Positions 1-14,465 of a DNA stretch of 64,000 nucleotides are shown piece by piece (the first letter of the stretch is position 1; every line of letters starts with the position of its first letter). The position numbers and the translations under genes were made by a program. The notes beneath the pieces are model-generated. The model did no database searches, was not told the origin of the DNA, and worked only from the letters and a program-made list of their open reading frames with translations. This DNA is from Octopus sinensis (Eukaryota), in contig NC_043001.1 in NCBI RefSeq assembly GCF_006345805.1, forward strand, positions 95,294,001 through 95,358,000, in the 5' to 3' direction.

Positions 1-565
1 AAAAGATATAAATAGGTGTATATGCATATTTCAGTATCTCTTGCCCCTTCTTCGGTAGAGATATTTATACATCAAGAAACATATAGCTTAAATTTGCTCC
101 CAAATTTAAATAGGACATACTATTGACTTGTAAACTTATATATAATGGATAGTGTATTACACGTACATAACGTAATAAGGTCTCCCTAGCAGCAATCAAT
201 ATGACGATAACAGTTACCAGGAATGTGTTTAACATATACGATTGGTGTATCGGCTTGTGTTACACTCTATGCCGTATGAATCAATGCTGCAGGGGAATGT
301 TTACTGGGGAATATATATATTTATCTATCGAAGCGTATATATCCCACTCAGAATTTTCCCGTCCATTTCTCCCTGTTTGTATGATTTTGTTTATGTATCA
401 CTGTCTAATTTTTTCTTCCTATCTCCATATATCCATATGGGTAAATGCACACACTCACACACACACGCGCGCGCGCATATATGTATATATTTATGTATGT
501 GTGCATGTATATTTATATTTATAAATGTGTGTATGCGCGAGAATAAGTATATGTATATATATATA

Positions 566-629
<64 letters not shown>

Positions 630-700
630 ATGTATATACATTGTGCATACATTGTGCATACATACATCTATACACACACACACAAGCTCTCTCTCTCTCT

Positions 701-797
<97 letters not shown>

Positions 798-1698
798 CAT
801 ATATATGCATATATATATTTGGACATAGTTCAACTTACTTTTTCGTGATCAATAAAATTATATTAACTCTAATATGTGGTGACGCAACTCCTTAGACATT
901 CTATGTACTTATCATAACAGATTATAATTACAAATATAATTATAAAAACACAAACTTAAATCAGAAATTCGTATCCATCCTCTAATTGTAAATACTTCAA
1001 TTATTGTTGTGTGCTTAACAAACAATGCACCTGTTTTATTCCCACAGAAATCATTCACATTTATTTTTTATCTGTGTCGTGGATTGTTTATTATATATCC
1101 TAAGCTTTATCCTTAATTCATACGAATACAATGTAGCTTGTTTTGTTATTACATCAAAGTATCGTTTTTAATTTTAATATATCATTTTAAGTTGTGTAAA
1201 TACGAATCACTTTGTGTCGGTGGCGAATAGGTTTCTCACAGCGCATCAGGTATTTCCATGTCAATGATGATTATGATGGTTATTATTTTCAAATACACTT
1301 TCAGTTTTATGCAAGCAATGTTACATAGAAACGATGTCATTTCCAATAAATACAATTTTCGAGCAAAGCTAGCCTTTTATTATAAATTCCCTAATATTCT
1401 TCTCAACGGTTCTGAACAGTTAATCGATTTCTCATGTTCCATTATTGCCTGGCAGTCTTTCTCAACTTTTTCACCGTTAAGAATATTTATCAGCGTGATC
1501 GCATATGTGAATGCATGTATGAATGTATGTATGCTTCTTTGTATGTTTGTATATATGCATGTACAAATATATGCATATACACACATATATAAGAATATTC
1601 ATATACACATATTTTTCTACATGAAGACATGTTTACACATATACAAAGATATATATATATTTATATGTATAGATATACATACACCTACACACACACAG

Positions 1699-1735
<37 letters not shown>

Positions 1736-2060
1736 AATGTACAACCATATATATGTGGGTGTGTGTTTGTATGTGTGTATGTTTGTGTGTGTATTGGTAT
1801 ACACATTCTTGATGGGAGACAAAGTAAAAGTAAATTGAAATAATCAGCTTATGAAATTATGTAATGGGATGTGAGAGACTGTGAGTGTAAGAGGATGTTA
1901 TTATGAGTCCGCTAGAGTGCACCCAATAATTTCATTGCATGGAAAGTTCCTAGTGCAGCGCATTAAAATTTCGTTCATTTCTTGTCAAACCAGAGAAATC
2001 TTGACATGTGTAAGGTACGCATAAACCTAGACATTTATTAAAAAAAAAAACTATAATATA

Positions 2061-2328
2061 AATGAATTATTTGTCCCCTTCTTTTCACCTCTTTCTTTCT
2101 TCGAGCGATTGTAAACATTCAAAACCCCCAAATGCAATTTCTATATGCAATTTCTATATGAATGAATTATTTGCCCCTTCTTTTCACCCCTTTTTTCTTC
2201 GAGCGATTGTAAACATTCAAACCCCCCAATGCAATTTCTATATAAATGAATTGTTTGCCCCTTTCTTTACACCCCTTTATTCTTCGAGCGATTATAAAAA
2301 TTCAAAACCCCTAATGCAATTTCTATAT
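2061..2328. repeat. Three tandem copies of an ~85-bp unit
   Basis: AATGAATT(A/G)TTTG...TTCGAGCGATT...ATGCAATTTCTATA recurs starting at 2061, 2161 and 2245; unit 1 has an extra 13-bp duplication (GCAATTTCTATAT). Confidence 0.9.
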
Positions 2329-3325
2329 CCCCTTCAATATTCCTGTCATTATTAAAATTGATTTTCTAATGTTTACTCCACAAAATTTTTAATTTCTTCA
2401 ATCTACTTCAGGATTGCATTTTCCAGAATTTATAAATATTGGTTGTTGTTTTATAAATGTGCAATTGTTATCTATTAATGAATGGGAATAAAATTCCCAC
2501 AGTCGTAAAAATATAATTGTGAATTATGTACTAATTAACTCGAAATTGATTACAGTTTTGCATCTTTTCTACTTATTTTTGTTATACTTCATTGATTTGG
2601 CGCCTATTTTGTGCCAGATCTTGCAGGTATATTACGAGAGGTGTGACGAGTTATTATGCAATGTGTCCCAAACGTAAATACAAATATAGAAACAACATCG
2701 ATGTGCTTACTTCGTCGTAGATAAATAATGAGTAGCGGTATCAGGAATTTGCTCATAGTCATGGCTTATATTATACAGATGAATCTATGCATCGTTCTCG
2801 CGTGTCGCATATCAAAAGAATTATCCGTACGTAATTTATAAATGTAATACTTCGTACGCTATGAACGCTTTAGAAAATATTTATAGTCCTATTTGCAAGT
2901 ACAGCTCTTCATCATATGATATACAACGTTGAAAAGTATTGATTATCCAATACGTCAGATATTTTGGGTAATAAAACCAGATCATTTCATATCAGACAAA
3001 ATTTGCCATTGTTGTGTTGCTATTATATACCATATTACTGCTGAGGTAGTAAGATGATTTAACAGTATAGAGCGATTGCAAAGCTCGAATGAATATACTC
3101 ACGTGATGTTAAATTCGTCGTCAATGACAAATATTCAGTGGGAAACAATACATCATTGCCTTTTACTTACAAAATATGACTATATCGTGAAAATAAAATT
3201 ACTAAACTATTATCTATATACATATACACACCTACATGCATATATACATATGCATATATACATATCTCTCGTTATCTCTCTGCCGTCTCTCTCTACATAT
3301 ATATACATATATAGACATACATAGA

Positions 3326-3488
3326 TAGCCGCAGAGTAGCTGTGTGGTAAGAAGCTTCATTCCCAACCACATGGTTCCGGGTTCAGCGTCAGTGCGTGAC
3401 GCGTTGGGCAGGTATCCTCTACTATAGGTTCTGGCCGACCAAAGTTTTCTGAGTGGGTTTGGTACACAGAAACTGAAGGAAGCCAGTC

Positions 3489-3578
<90 letters not shown>

Positions 3579-3670
3579 AGTCTGTGTGGGTATGTGCGTG
3601 CGTGTGCATGTGTGTGTCTGTGTGTGTAAGTGCGTGTTTGTGTCTGTGCTTGTTCCACCATCGCTTCACA
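3326..3670 (+). mobile_element. tRNA-derived SINE, family A (octopod-type), with internal (TA)n/(TG)n tracts
   Basis: A-box-like TAGCTGTGTGG at 3337-3347 and B-box-like GGTTCA at 3380-3385. The body (TTGGGCA..ACTATAG..GGCCGACCAAAG..GTGAGTGG..GAAACT) is shared with the copy at 25260-25385. Confidence 0.8.
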
Positions 3671-3707
3671 TATATATGTACACACACACATACACACACG
3701 CACGCAT

Positions 3708-3760
<53 letters not shown>

Positions 3761-3789
3761 TTTAACTAAGAGCTACGATCGTTGGGGGG

Positions 3790-4245
3790 CACCACCACTG
3801 ACTGTGCTACAACATTATTTGAAACCTTTAGTCAATTACAGAATTTGATGCCACTGCCATCATCTGCATTTCCTGTTTTGAGGTAGGCTTGTCAGGAACC
3901 ATTGAGAGAAAGAGCTCCAGATTTATTTTAGAGAGAGTTACATCCGCACCATACAGATCTCTGAAGCATTTTGAAAGGATATTGAAGAGCTGTGAGCCCT
4001 TGAAACCCAAACTGTTCAAGAATCTGGCCTTGTATTTTGACGATGATTCTGGGAACTGTATTACTATGCAGTGGCGCCTCATTCAGGATTTTGTATAACT
4101 TCCAATACGAAAGTTTGGTACAAGGCATTCCAGCATTTTCCAGATGTATATCACTGCAAATCTGTCCCGTTCTAGAGAGAAAAGGTTGTCTTCTTTATGA
4201 GCTTCCTAGTAGCTGATACGTTGCATTGAGAAGATTTTCTTAGTG
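3790..4245 (-). mobile_element. Degenerate 3' fragment of a CR1/L2-group (Jockey superfamily) LINE
   Basis: Minus-strand translation across stops and frameshifts gives NLFSLERDRFAVIYIWKMLECLVPN...RHCIV...NSLGFKGSQLFNIL...LFLSMVPDKP...ASNSVID, matching the post-RT C-terminus of these LINEs. Confidence 0.8.
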
Positions 4246-4268
4246 TAACTATTCTATACACACACACA

Positions 4269-4399
<131 letters not shown>

Positions 4400-4984
4400 A
4401 ACAGACAGATAGCTATATGTATGTGTCTATACATGTATTTATGTATGTATGTGTGTGCGCTTATTCATGTATTCGCTTATCCGCACGCGTATGTGCGATA
4501 GTTAAACAGCTAGGGATGCATATAAGAGTATGACTTCTATGTGCAGAATCAGTTGCTTTTGCATCTGAAAGTGACTAGAATTTACAAATGAAAATGACTT
4601 GTAAATAAACTCTTGCTATAAATATTAATTCTGGATGCTCTGCAGTATTACACTTTTCTTAGTCTCTGCTTATAAATATTCTCTTTCTTACCATGCATAT
4701 GTACTGCATCATATATAATTATTTGTGTCACTGTGATCGTGTATTTTATGGTGCATCAACTTCGAAATCTCGTTACCCTGGAATAATATAAGTTCAGTGT
4801 CTTGGCATAAATTTCGAAAGCGAAGAACAGACTTCTGGAACAAATATAGAAACTTACGTAAGTGTTGCTGCTTTCGTATTAATTTCAGTTATTCTGTACA
4901 TTAATGATCCCACATAGGAATGCCGGTGTTTTTTTATAGGTCAGCATTATATGATATTTGTCAAAAATATTAAATAGTAGTAGT

Positions 4985-5261
4985 GAGTTCGATTCTAGCA
5001 CCGGGCATTCTGTTGTGTTCTTCAGCAATACACTTTGTTTCACGTTGCTCCAGTTCACTCAGCTGTAGAAATGAGACGCGACCTTATAGTTGTCAAGCTA
5101 TATTGGCCTTTGATCATCCCTCGGATGACAACGGTGGCGTGGAAAGGGAGACTAGTATACGTGGACAACCGGTGGTTTTCCATAAGCAACATTGCCCGGA
5201 GTTGCGCCTTGAAAGGGATCTTACCAGGTGGAATCCCATGGACATTCATAACTGAAGGGGG
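4985..5261 (+). mobile_element. tRNA-derived SINE, family C, 5'-eroded
   Basis: B-box-like GAGTTCGATTCTA at 4985, central TTGCTCCAGTTCACTCAGCTG, and 3' end ATCCCATGG...GAAGGGGG. Alignable to 5863-6064 and 58562-58890 on the opposite strand. Confidence 0.8.
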
Positions 5262-5275
5262 TCATATATATATAT

Positions 5276-5318
<43 letters not shown>

Positions 5319-5342
5319 TGTGTGTGTGTGTGTGTGTGTATA

Positions 5343-5445
5343 AGGAGATTTTACGAAAAAAACAAAAGACGAAGAGAGGTGGTGTACAAAACAAACAGAT
5401 GTATTTTACGTTCGAGCCTACGCTCTTCTACAGAAAGGGAGACAG
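5343..5445 (+). repeat. Dispersed repeat resembling a Penelope-like element terminus (copy 1; other copies 5733-5768, 20471-20610, 28660-28735, and 54763-54896 reversed)
   Basis: GGGAGAGTTTACGAAAAAAACAAAAGACGAAGAC..GTGTACAAAACAAACAGATGTATT..ACGTTTCGAGCCTACGCTCTTCTACAGAAAGG recurs five times, each with the GGGAGAG end next to TA-rich or TG microsatellite. The PLE assignment is inferred from the hammerhead-like motif it carries. Confidence 0.6.
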
Positions 5446-5779
5446 AAGGGAAAGTTTAGAAAGTATAAAAATAAAAATAAAGTAATGACAATAATAGCAG
5501 CCGTTTTACGTGAAGTTCAAAGGTTTTTAGACGTCGTGGTGTATTGCAAGGATTTCTCTTCAAGAGTAGAGTCCACTGTGATCCGTGTGTAGGAGAGGTG
5601 CAGCCGGAGGGTAAGTATCCAAACAAATCCGTAAATGGTAGAGAAAGAGTAGGTAAAGTCCAGTGGAGAAGTTCGTAGTGGTGAGAAAAGATAGGATCAA
5701 CAATTGCGACCACGTGAGCCTGTGATATATATAGGGAGAGTTTACGAAAAAAACAAAAGACGAAGACATATATATATAT

Positions 5780-5821
<42 letters not shown>

Positions 5822-5862
5822 ATATATATAGATATATATATATATATATAAAAGGGTAAATA

Positions 5863-6064
5863 CCCCCTTCGGTCATGAATGACCATGGGATTGCACCTAG
5901 AAAGTTACCCTCCTAGACACAAGTCCGGGCAAGGTTATTTATGGAAGACCAGCAGTCGCCCATGCATACCAGCCTCCCCTCTCCACGCCACCAGTGTTAT
6001 CCAAGGGAAAGACAAAGGTCGATACAGCTTGGCACCAGTGACGTCGCAACTCATTTCTACAGCT
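5863..6064 (-). mobile_element. SINE family C, 3' two-thirds
   Basis: Reverse complement aligns to about 5058-5261 (AGCTGTAGAAATGAG...GCAATCCCATGGTCATTCATGACCGAAGGGGG). Confidence 0.85.
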
Positions 6065-9000
6065 AGAGAGAGAAAAACGAGAGGGAGATAAAGAATATTA
6101 ATGTATGTATAAATAATACACTAGTTTTCTATGCAGAGCTATATATTCCACTCACTTGTCTATACTCCAATACAGCTATTTCTTATATAATTTACATACC
6201 TTTCCAAATATTATGTTGGACACACTTGCTTCAACACGCCTCATGACACTTAGACGGTCATCTTATATTTCTCTGAGAAAATGTTTTCTCAATATTTCTT
6301 GTATACCAATCTTCGTGCAATCCACGACAGAAACAGTTTGTACACACATTGCAAATCTCTATATCAAAATATCCTGACAAAACATGAACTGATTTCTCTA
6401 CATTCAATTAATAGAGTTGCTGTATAGAATTATAACCTATGTTATAAATCGCCTTGTATAAATTTTCATTATTTATGCAAATATCTTAATTAATTGGAAC
6501 TGCAGGTGGATATGATACCTGTGCGTTTTAACACATATTTTCTTCTGAACGTATTCGATCACGATCTTGCGAGTTATCATATGTGCAGCGATGTCGGAAA
6601 GAAAAGTGTATTGGGCGTTTTGCCTTAACCTTGGAAAGTGTGTTGGATGCGGAGTTTAAATTTGGTCGTAGATAATTGACTAATATGCATCACTTGTAAG
6701 AACACTGCGATAGCACTTCCCGTAATTGCAGAAAGTAACTGACGGATTGGAATGACATGATAGGTTAAACACCAATAATATAAGGTTAATGTTAATATCC
6801 GAAAAATTTATAAAATTTTCAAGTAACATATTTCTCATAACAATCGAATACGGGAAAGCATTTGATGTGATTCGGAAATTAATTCCATATCATAAAATTC
6901 TATATTTTAATGAGCATTATGTCTAAAATATAAATGAATAGAACAAAATTCTTCTGAATACAGAACTTCTAAAAATTTGTCGCCAGTTATATAACAGCAA
7001 TCAATTGATAAAAACTAGAAACTTGATGTCGAACAAATGTTCTGTGAACTAACAAGTATGTTTAATTTGAATAATAACATGGCAGAATGATTACAAATTA
7101 TAAGCTCCATATAATACGAAAGTGTGCGTATGAATACAAGATGCATAAGATGCATATTTTCCGAATAGTTTTAGAATTTAATTAAATGTGATTTAAATAT
7201 CTGAGCGAGACAAATAAAAATAAACAGAAAACAGACGACAAATATCACCAAGAAAGCGTATTAAATCCAGAGAACGTTGAATGAATGGTACTAAAACAAT
7301 AGCACAAGAGTACTTACATAATATCCTATAATGTAATTCACTGTTAAATATTTTTGCTGAAATTATGTGATCATAACGTCATGTAGTTATGAACTCAGTT
7401 ATTAACATTATAGGTATATGTAACGAGTACATGAGCGTGATTTTGCATGGTTAAGCAACAAAGGTATGTGTTCAAGGCCACGTAAACGCCAATAAGCAAT
7501 ACTGCGTTTCAAATATATTTGAAGTCATTGTTGAAAACTTTATTAGATAATGTGATATATAACATTATCCCTGAACAGAAAACCTCGATTCTTTATCACT
7601 AGAACCTGTTGCATTGGATGATAGATTTAACCATATTAAGCTCAATCACAACAAAACATTAGCAACGATTTAGTTGAAGTGGAAAGAATAGTTATTGTTA
7701 AAATGGAATTTGTATATTTTACTACGTGCAACTAATACCGTTAATAGTATTGCAATGCATATATGTTCATGAAAAATCTAAATTTAGGGAACCATGAAAA
7801 GTTCGCTCAAAACCAAGTCTTATTAAAAAATATATATATATATTTAGCTTGGTTTCAATATGTATGCAAAGATAGTATATTTTTAGTAGAATGTAGATGA
7901 ATTAATTAAAAACGATAATCACATATAAAATGTTCATGAAGAATTGTTAATACAGAATACCAACACATTATTATTCAAAACTGAAAGAAAACGAGTATAT
8001 TCACTATGGATTAATCTTAGGAATTAAAAGGACGCGATAATTTTCGATATTTATCATATTATTTTATGCCACTTTCTCATTGAATTTAATTGTAGCATTT
8101 ATATTTCATGATATCACAAAGAAATTGGTATCTACTTGCCGTAATAAAGTTGTATGCCAATATGGAATATCAATAAAATGTATCAAATTTAATCCATGGA
8201 TATCTTTTTGATATTTTATATACCTCGAGGACAATTTTATTTTTCAAAGTATTACGAAATTAATTTGCAATAAGCATATAACACCGTAACTTTTGTGGAA
8301 AGATAATTGTCTAGTAAAGTTGTTGAAATATCTACAAATGAAGTTTCCTTTAATAATTATTCTATTTATCATATTTCTTAGCTCCGTGGACTGTCTGAAA
8401 TAGGTACCCATACATAAAACCTATCGCCAATTTAGTAGACGGAAAACTGTTACTATTCAGCAAAGGTATCACATTCATCATCTGTCAGTTCAATGAGGGG
8501 TAAATCTTTACAACTCATAAAACATTCATTTAAATATATGAAATGACAAAGGTACATATTTATATATTTCTGAGATGAAAAATATGTTTTAAAATGTTGA
8601 TACATAATTGCCTTATAACAGGAAAAGGAGAAGATAAGACCGTTCGAAAAAAAAATCTCAGGTAGCATAAACTCGGAAAAGTTTCAAAAGTGCAGATCCC
8701 GTTTCAATTTACGTGATGACGTTTATTTGGACCTGGGACCGGGGTCGTAATATAGCTGTAATAGAGTTTAACTGGGCTGAAAATACGTACAACAATAAAA
8801 TAGGCTAGGACAACGTATGCTCTAAGCGGAATAAAGCACTGTATTTAAAAATGACTATATATGGTCTACAGTCGAATCTAATGGATTCTCAAGGTTTTTG
8901 TTTTTCAGTGACATACTTTTCAGACAGTCTAATATCAGTGAACAACTTCTTACACTTATGATCCAATTCCTCCTTCATTATTATGTTACCAATGCGAGGA

Positions 9001-11618
9001 ATAGGAAAATACATTTGGGAAGAGGCAGCTTCAATATGAGCAATAAAATTCAAAGATACATTTGCTGGAAATTCAAAATTGCAATTTGTTATATAACTAC
9101 CTCGAAGACTTTGAGGAGCTAATAACGTGCAGGTTTCGCGCTGAAATTTATCTAAAGCGATGCTGCTAAATACAAATAACATGCAATGATTTATTCACTG
9201 TAATACAGAGAAATTTTCATTCTACCAATACCGTTAATATATTGTCTAACCTCAGTGGAAATATAATATGTATAACATGTAGTATTAGAAAGTTTACGAA
9301 TATTCGTAAGGAAATACAATATGTTATAAAGCAATCGCTATGAATTACTAAAACTGACAAGATTAAAATAAATTCTGTATATTACAGAAAGGTATTTTCA
9401 TCGCACCATCTGTAAAGAAATGGCAGTGCTTTGTGGCTCTTAATTCTATTTACTCTGCAAAAGTCAATAATAGACTACAACTGTAAGGATGTCAATATAT
9501 TGACTCTATATAGTGATGGAAATATAAACCCAAGTAACGTGTAGTATGTATTCTCAACTAGATTTTATTGTCAAACCAATGTGCATAGTGAAAATACTGC
9601 TATAAGTTCCTGGCAAGTACTCCGTCAACACGATGCCTGTACTTGTTCACAGCCAGCATTTTCCCTCAGAGGTATTCTATATTTAATGGCTCCATTTTGA
9701 AAATGCTCGTTTTCTTTCAGTTTTGAATAATAATGTGCATTTAAAAATCCTAAGCCAGTGAAAACATAAAGACAAATATCATTCTATGTGACATAGAAAA
9801 GGCATTTGACAGAAAATACTTATCTTCCATTTCCCTATATTTGAAAATCTAACTTTAGATTTACATCTTTATTATAAAAGTAGATGTCAGTTCCACCGTT
9901 GCATAAGGTTTCCAAATGTAGAAGGCAGACTACAGAGAATTTGAAAGGACAACATTATTTACACTACGTATGATGCCTGCGGTACAGACAGAATGCTGGT
10001 GAGATTTCATGAGCATTAGTGATGTTAGTTCTTAAGAATATACATTGCAAATTTTGGGGTTGACCAGACGTTTGTGTCAAATTGTAAATTAGTCTGGTTC
10101 AGCATGGAATGGTATTTTAACAATTCCTATTATCACGTGATGGGTAACAAAGTTCGAGTTCTCAGCGGAGAATTACGGTTACATGACTCTAATCTTTACA
10201 AGATTAGAATCTTAGGGTAGAATACTCGAATTTTCAGTGGGCAAAACTCAATAAGAGAAGCTATATGGTGAACAATTTTCATTTTGATAGATTTGGATAT
10301 AGCGTAAGAAGGTTTAGCTTCACATAGAAACAGCGTAGGGTAATACGTTCTCTAGTTGAGAAATGGGCCTCCGCTGAAAAATATATGCCATCTTAAAGTA
10401 TTCGTATCGCAGTTTCACTGAAATTCCAGCTGAAACAGAGCATGGGGGAGGATATTCCCATATCACTGTACCTGCAGGAATGCATATGTTGCGTATATCT
10501 TCCAAACTCTTGCCCTCATATTGTTTTAATATCATTCCATGCCACATTATAGTGGGTAATTCATTCGACACACAGTATGCAATTCAGTGACCGTGGTTGC
10601 AATTGTAATATATAAGATTGGAATTGATAATCTCTAATTAAGAGGAGTAAACCATTTCCCGAAGGGGATTGAAGTGTTTATAATATCGGTAAGAATGTTT
10701 GAAAATGCTTTTTAATCAAATTGAGGAATTTCGTAGCAATATGAGTGCACATTTCTAGATTGGATGCTGACACCAGATGATATTTATTTTCTTAATTCTC
10801 TTCGTATTTGGCTTTGCATGTGGGCGATAGTTTCACGTTAACGACATTGTCGCTGTGTCAATCCTAACGGGGTTGTGACTCTGTTAAATACATCTCACAA
10901 AATATCATAATCTCAGAGCCATACACATGTCTACCAAAATACGCAAGCAGCAAACACAAAACAACGACAAAATCTATTTTCTTGCTTAATTCATCTTAAG
11001 TTTCATAGGTTCACCCACAACCGTGCTATTTTCTTAAATATTTCGTTATATTTTCTTAATTTCTTTTTATCGCACAATTCACTGTAAACAGTTAAGTATA
11101 GTTAAATTTCTTCCGTCCAAATATTTTTGTTCACAATTTTCTGAGTATATGGGAATCTGTTATAACGGTTCACTTTGCCCTAGTGATATGAGATATATCT
11201 ACAAACATATATGTATTAGAATATATCTGTGTGTGTACGTGTGTGCGTGTGTTTGTGTTTGTGTACGTATACCCCCATCTGTTTATATGTATCTATTTAA
11301 ATATAGAGGTGTGTGTGTGTGTTTGTGTGTGTGTGTGTATGTGTGTGTGTGTGTACGCGCGTGTTTGCATAAAGTGGACAGTCTATGATCAGAAACAATA
11401 GCAATTTATTGACGCCGACAGTTACACACACTATCCTTTATCAGAGATAGGAGGAAATCTGATAAGCTGATAATTTCTGTACATGCATAGCTCACGGTTA
11501 GCGACTTGGGTTACGATTCATGCGAATAAGAATCCTAATTGAAGGACCGGAGCTGGTAAAATACCGAAACAAATGAATCCTGTATTTTAGATGTTCCACT
11601 CGCTCAAGTTGTAAATAT

Positions 11619-11666
<48 letters not shown>

Positions 11667-12456
11667 ATAAAAAACAGGCACACACAAAGAAAAACACAGA
11701 CACACGCACATAAATGTATGTACATATATGTATACAAATGGCGCAGATACACAGATGGTTAGCAAAAGTGTTACATGTCCGTACACACATACATGTGTAT
11801 ATAACGAGAGAGAAAGGGAGAGAACATGGAAGAAATATGCAAAGAGGGAAAGAGGATTACGTGAATAGCTAATGGCCAGAAACAAAAACTCTGTATTTCT
11901 ACATAATAATCTCGGTTAAGTAAGCACAGAGTGGGGTAGATTAATACGCAATGAATTATATTACGATCGAAATCCGTCTTTTAGTTGATTCAGGTTAGAA
12001 TCGTACATAATTAAACTAAAGCACAATTGCAGACAATTAGATTGTAATCGGAGAAAACTATAATCGCATGAACAATTCGAAATATCGATAGGCAAAACTA
12101 ATTAACAGACATCTTTTTTTGGTTTTCCTTCAAATAGATGTAGGAGCGTTTTATTTTATGATAGAAAATCAAGTTTCCTTAATGAAGTTGCTTTTTTTTC
12201 ATTTTTCTTTTTAATGAATGCATATACATATGCACATTCATACGCAACCACACAAAGATACTCACCTGTTCATGCTTACATACATACGGTCATATATATA
12301 TATGTATGTATGTATATATATGTATGTATGTATGTAAATATATATATATATATATATATATACATACATACATACATGCATACATATATATGTGTGTGTA
12401 TGTATGTGTGTATGTATAAATATATATATTTCTTTACATATATATCTATCTATATA

Positions 12457-12506
<50 letters not shown>

Positions 12507-12592
12507 CTAATAATAATATTTCTAACGTCAACATGTACTCACTCAAGACCAACTCTTACGAATTCAGCTTTTAACTGAATGGGATGATGTTT

Positions 12593-12651
<59 letters not shown>

Positions 12652-12671
12652 CCTATATATATATATATATA

Positions 12672-13020
12672 TATTGGGTTATCCCATGAATAATGCGGTT
12701 TTTTCAATTGCAAGATTTAAATGTTGGTGGTGGAGGGGATACAATACATGCATCATCTTGCTATAAGAATGTGTAGTAGTTTTACATTGTACTTATTTTT
12801 ATAGCGTGTTTTGAAGGTTGCAGTTTGATTTTAATAGTTAATTTTTGAAAGCGATAATGCATATTTGGCATATTTTCTAATGATTTCAATGAAGGCAACA
12901 AGGCGAAGGAAAGTTTGAGGAATATTAATGAAGTATATGGGTTATCAGACAATAAGCGTAAGCCAATCACAGAGGTGGTTCCTGAAATTCCGTGCCGGCA
13001 ACGACAGCCTAGAAAACGAG
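12672..13020 (+). mobile_element. 5' fragment of a mariner DNA transposon (TIR plus decayed transposase N-terminus)
   Basis: Starts TA-TTGGGTTATCCCATGAATAATGCGGTTTT (mariner-like TIR). Frameshifted translation gives DFNEGNKAKESLRNINEVYG / QTISVSQSQRWFLKFRAGNDSLENE, the mariner HTH region. Confidence 0.8.
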
Positions 13021-14313
13021 GTCAGTTATCATGAACACTAGTTATTGCTCTCTCAGCAAGCCCCACGTCTTCAAATGAATGATGTTGTCCAAGATACACC
13101 GTGAAAAATTTGACGTTTACATCAGGATTGTCGCATAAATATAGCAGCTGTTATGAGATAGTTAATGAAATATATACGTCAGATTTATTTTCAGATAGAC
13201 CAATGATACACCTTTTTATACGAGAATTTTAATTTATATCTCGACAAGAAATTAGTATAATGACAAAGGTGATATTTGAAGCTTAAATGTACATTTAGCG
13301 CGCAAAATGTATGGATATATTAATTAATCTAACGAATCAGTGCAGCACTAAATTGTTAAGACTTGATAATTTTTTATTTAATTTATTGTTGTTATAGAAT
13401 GAATTATGTGCGAAATGAAGTAACGTGCGAAATATCGCAGTATGGAGAGAGTAATACAGAGCAATAAAATGCGGCTACTTGACATTGAAAAATATGAAAT
13501 TTATATATCCCATATATCTAAATCTTTTATTAAAAATTAGTACTCATAAAACTTTTAAACAACGCTACTAAATACTATATTGTACGAGCTACATCAATGT
13601 AGCTCGTTTATAAAATACGTTAGCAGTTGAAAATTCACTGATGTAATTAACGTTACAGCATCTTTAAAATGATAAATATGTTCACGTTTACATGCCTTAG
13701 CTGAAATTGATGACAATCTTATAACTGTGTAGCGGAAAACTTAATAATTAATTTACGAAGTTTAGTTTTAGGTAAAATATTGACATTTAAATGCTACACT
13801 GTTAATTGGAAGTCTTGCAAAATAAAAATGTCTTCCAAGAAATGCTTTTGCTGGCTGAATCGTCAGTGGGTTACAAGTAATATAGAAGAATTACAGAAAC
13901 GTAAAGTAGTTGGAATATATTTCCAGTACCTGAAAAACCTCTAGCAACCACTACTTAAAGGTCTAAAAGATAAAAAAAAAGACCTTAATTTACCGTGTTG
14001 CGATTGGTGACAATAGTGAAAACAGATTAAGAATAAGATAAACTTTAACATTGTTGAATGTTGAAAATAATGTTCTCAGTCGAACTAAAATGTGCGCCTA
14101 GTAACAAAAGTAGACGCTCATTAAGTCAGAATTATAAACTTAGACAACTAATATCAGCCATTTATAACAGAATATAGAATTATGTAATGGAATATATGAA
14201 GGTAACACAAGTAAGTTAGTACATGTCAAAAGCTATGTTTATTTGTTTTATATTTATATACTTATTCTTTTATGGTCCATCTATTTATGTATTGCTCTCT
14301 GTCTGTCTGTCTC

Positions 14314-14384
<71 letters not shown>

Positions 14385-14416
14385 ATATATACATATATAT
14401 AATACACACACACACT

Positions 14417-14459
<43 letters not shown>

Positions 14460-14465
<6 letters not shown>

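Noticed and set aside
6510-6620. Possible minus-strand exon (LRQNAQYTFLSDIAAHMITRKIVIEYVQKKICVKRT)
   Set aside because: The donor (GTATCA) is weak and the peptide is unrecognisable; such matches are expected by chance.
9948-9998. Peptide DNIIYTTYDACGTDRML, reminiscent of the ZP-N domain CGT motif, followed by GTGAGA
   Set aside because: An in-frame TGA lies just upstream, the only usable acceptor is purine-rich, and no other ZP-like exon was found.
10320-10571. 83-aa minus-strand ORF with an internal CCTGCAG acceptor-like site
   Set aside because: No recognisable domain, and plausible splice signals can be drawn on both strands, so it is not discriminating.
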